A stretch of 64,000 nt of DNA from Octopus bimaculoides (lineage: Eukaryota). The stretch covers positions 17,711,313 to 17,775,312 of the forward strand of contig NC_069006.1 in assembly GCF_001194135.2 (NCBI RefSeq), given 5' to 3'. The notes beneath the pieces were generated by a model that did no database searches, was not told where the DNA came from, and was given only the letters and a program-made list of their open reading frames with translations. The position numbers and the translations under genes were made by a program. This document shows positions 62,970-64,000 of the stretch, in pieces (the first letter of the stretch is position 1; every line of letters starts with the position of its first letter).

Positions 62970-63370
62970 GAGGCTAAATAACAACAACATGTATCTTAAA
63001 TAAACTAAGTAGACCTATGATTGAAGGCACTCCCACCATGACTATCCCAACTTTTAAAAGACAGTAAGAGTGTGATTTGAGGGAGAATGGCTGCTGTTCA
63101 GGATAAGTTAATCAAGTAGATAGTGACGCCCATCTTGTCCCATGCTGGTACTGTTACTCTGGTTTAGTCCCAGCCCTGCATGAGCAGACCTATGGTCAAA
63201 GGTACTCCACCCATGGCCATCTCATCTTTTATTTCTTGGACTTTATCATCCAATGTGTTCTTTGCTTTTTTTAAAAGATGGATCTGCTAGTCTGCTAGAA
63301 GTAGCAGCTCATTTCCATGAAGTCCTGAATTTGATGGAGATTAGCTGCTATTTCTAGCAGATCAAGTATT
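62970..63370. mobile_element. Fragments of dispersed repeat family J
   Basis: Motifs gcagacctatg(a/g)tcaaagg and gagatt.gctgctatttctagcag recur at about 8570, 26005, 30230, 30580, 32030 and 51480; class unknown. Confidence 0.6.
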
Positions 63371-64000
63371 GGCATTAGGCACACACTGATATGTCTAACA
63401 ATTTTATTGCTATAACGCAATGCATACAAACATCACGTGCACACACACACACACACACACACACTCATCATAGTCATATAATGCACACATCAAAACACCA
63501 CACACATACACACAATCTCCTCCATGTCATACACGCACACACTCAACCATACTCGTTTGCATTAAATCATACATGAGCTCAAATACATGCAAATATGTGT
63601 GTGTGTGCTCAATAAGAAATGTGTGCATACACTGATACATTCATATACGCAAACACAGACACACATACATGGCTCATAAGCATACTCACATACAAAGCAA
63701 AATCATATCGCAGATACATATATGCACACACATGTACACATGAACAAAGATATATGTAATTGTATGTATATGTGTATGTCTATATATTTACTCACACACA
63801 CACACACACGCATATACACACTTTGTGTGTTGATCATAAAAACAAGAACAAGGCCAGGAATGTTTTAGAGAATGTTTTACTCGTTAACTACTTAATGTTG
63901 TTTTAATTATTTTTATTTCACTGCTTGTAAATGTATGTGCATGTGTGTATGGGTGTATGTTCCTTTGTTACTTTATCTTTTTCTATCTGTGAGAAGCTTT

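Overview
AT-rich, microsatellite-dense eukaryotic draft-assembly sequence with many N gaps. The repeat families look like those of a coleoid cephalopod, most likely Octopus; this is recognition of SINE sequences, not a database search. No intact protein-coding gene is supported. The window is intronic or intergenic. It is tiled by dozens of tRNA-headed SINEs in several modular families (my labels A, B/B', C, D, E, I), by TTAA-flanked and hAT-type MITEs, and by decayed autonomous retroelements (Penelope-like GIY-YIG and RT, RTE, CR1/Jockey-type, HERO-type). It also holds two 22-bp minisatellites. A few + strand splice signals hint at a host gene with very long introns. Most notable: (1) a Penelope-like 3' end and a second related 3' end meeting tail-to-tail at a (TA)n tract, each with a minimal hammerhead ribozyme motif; (2) a strong 3' splice site directly followed by GTAAGT, a candidate recursive splice site; (3) both copies of one SINE subfamily nested co-directionally inside another SINE family with 16-17 bp TSDs; (4) a 46-bp inverted-SINE hairpin with an A-C mismatch.
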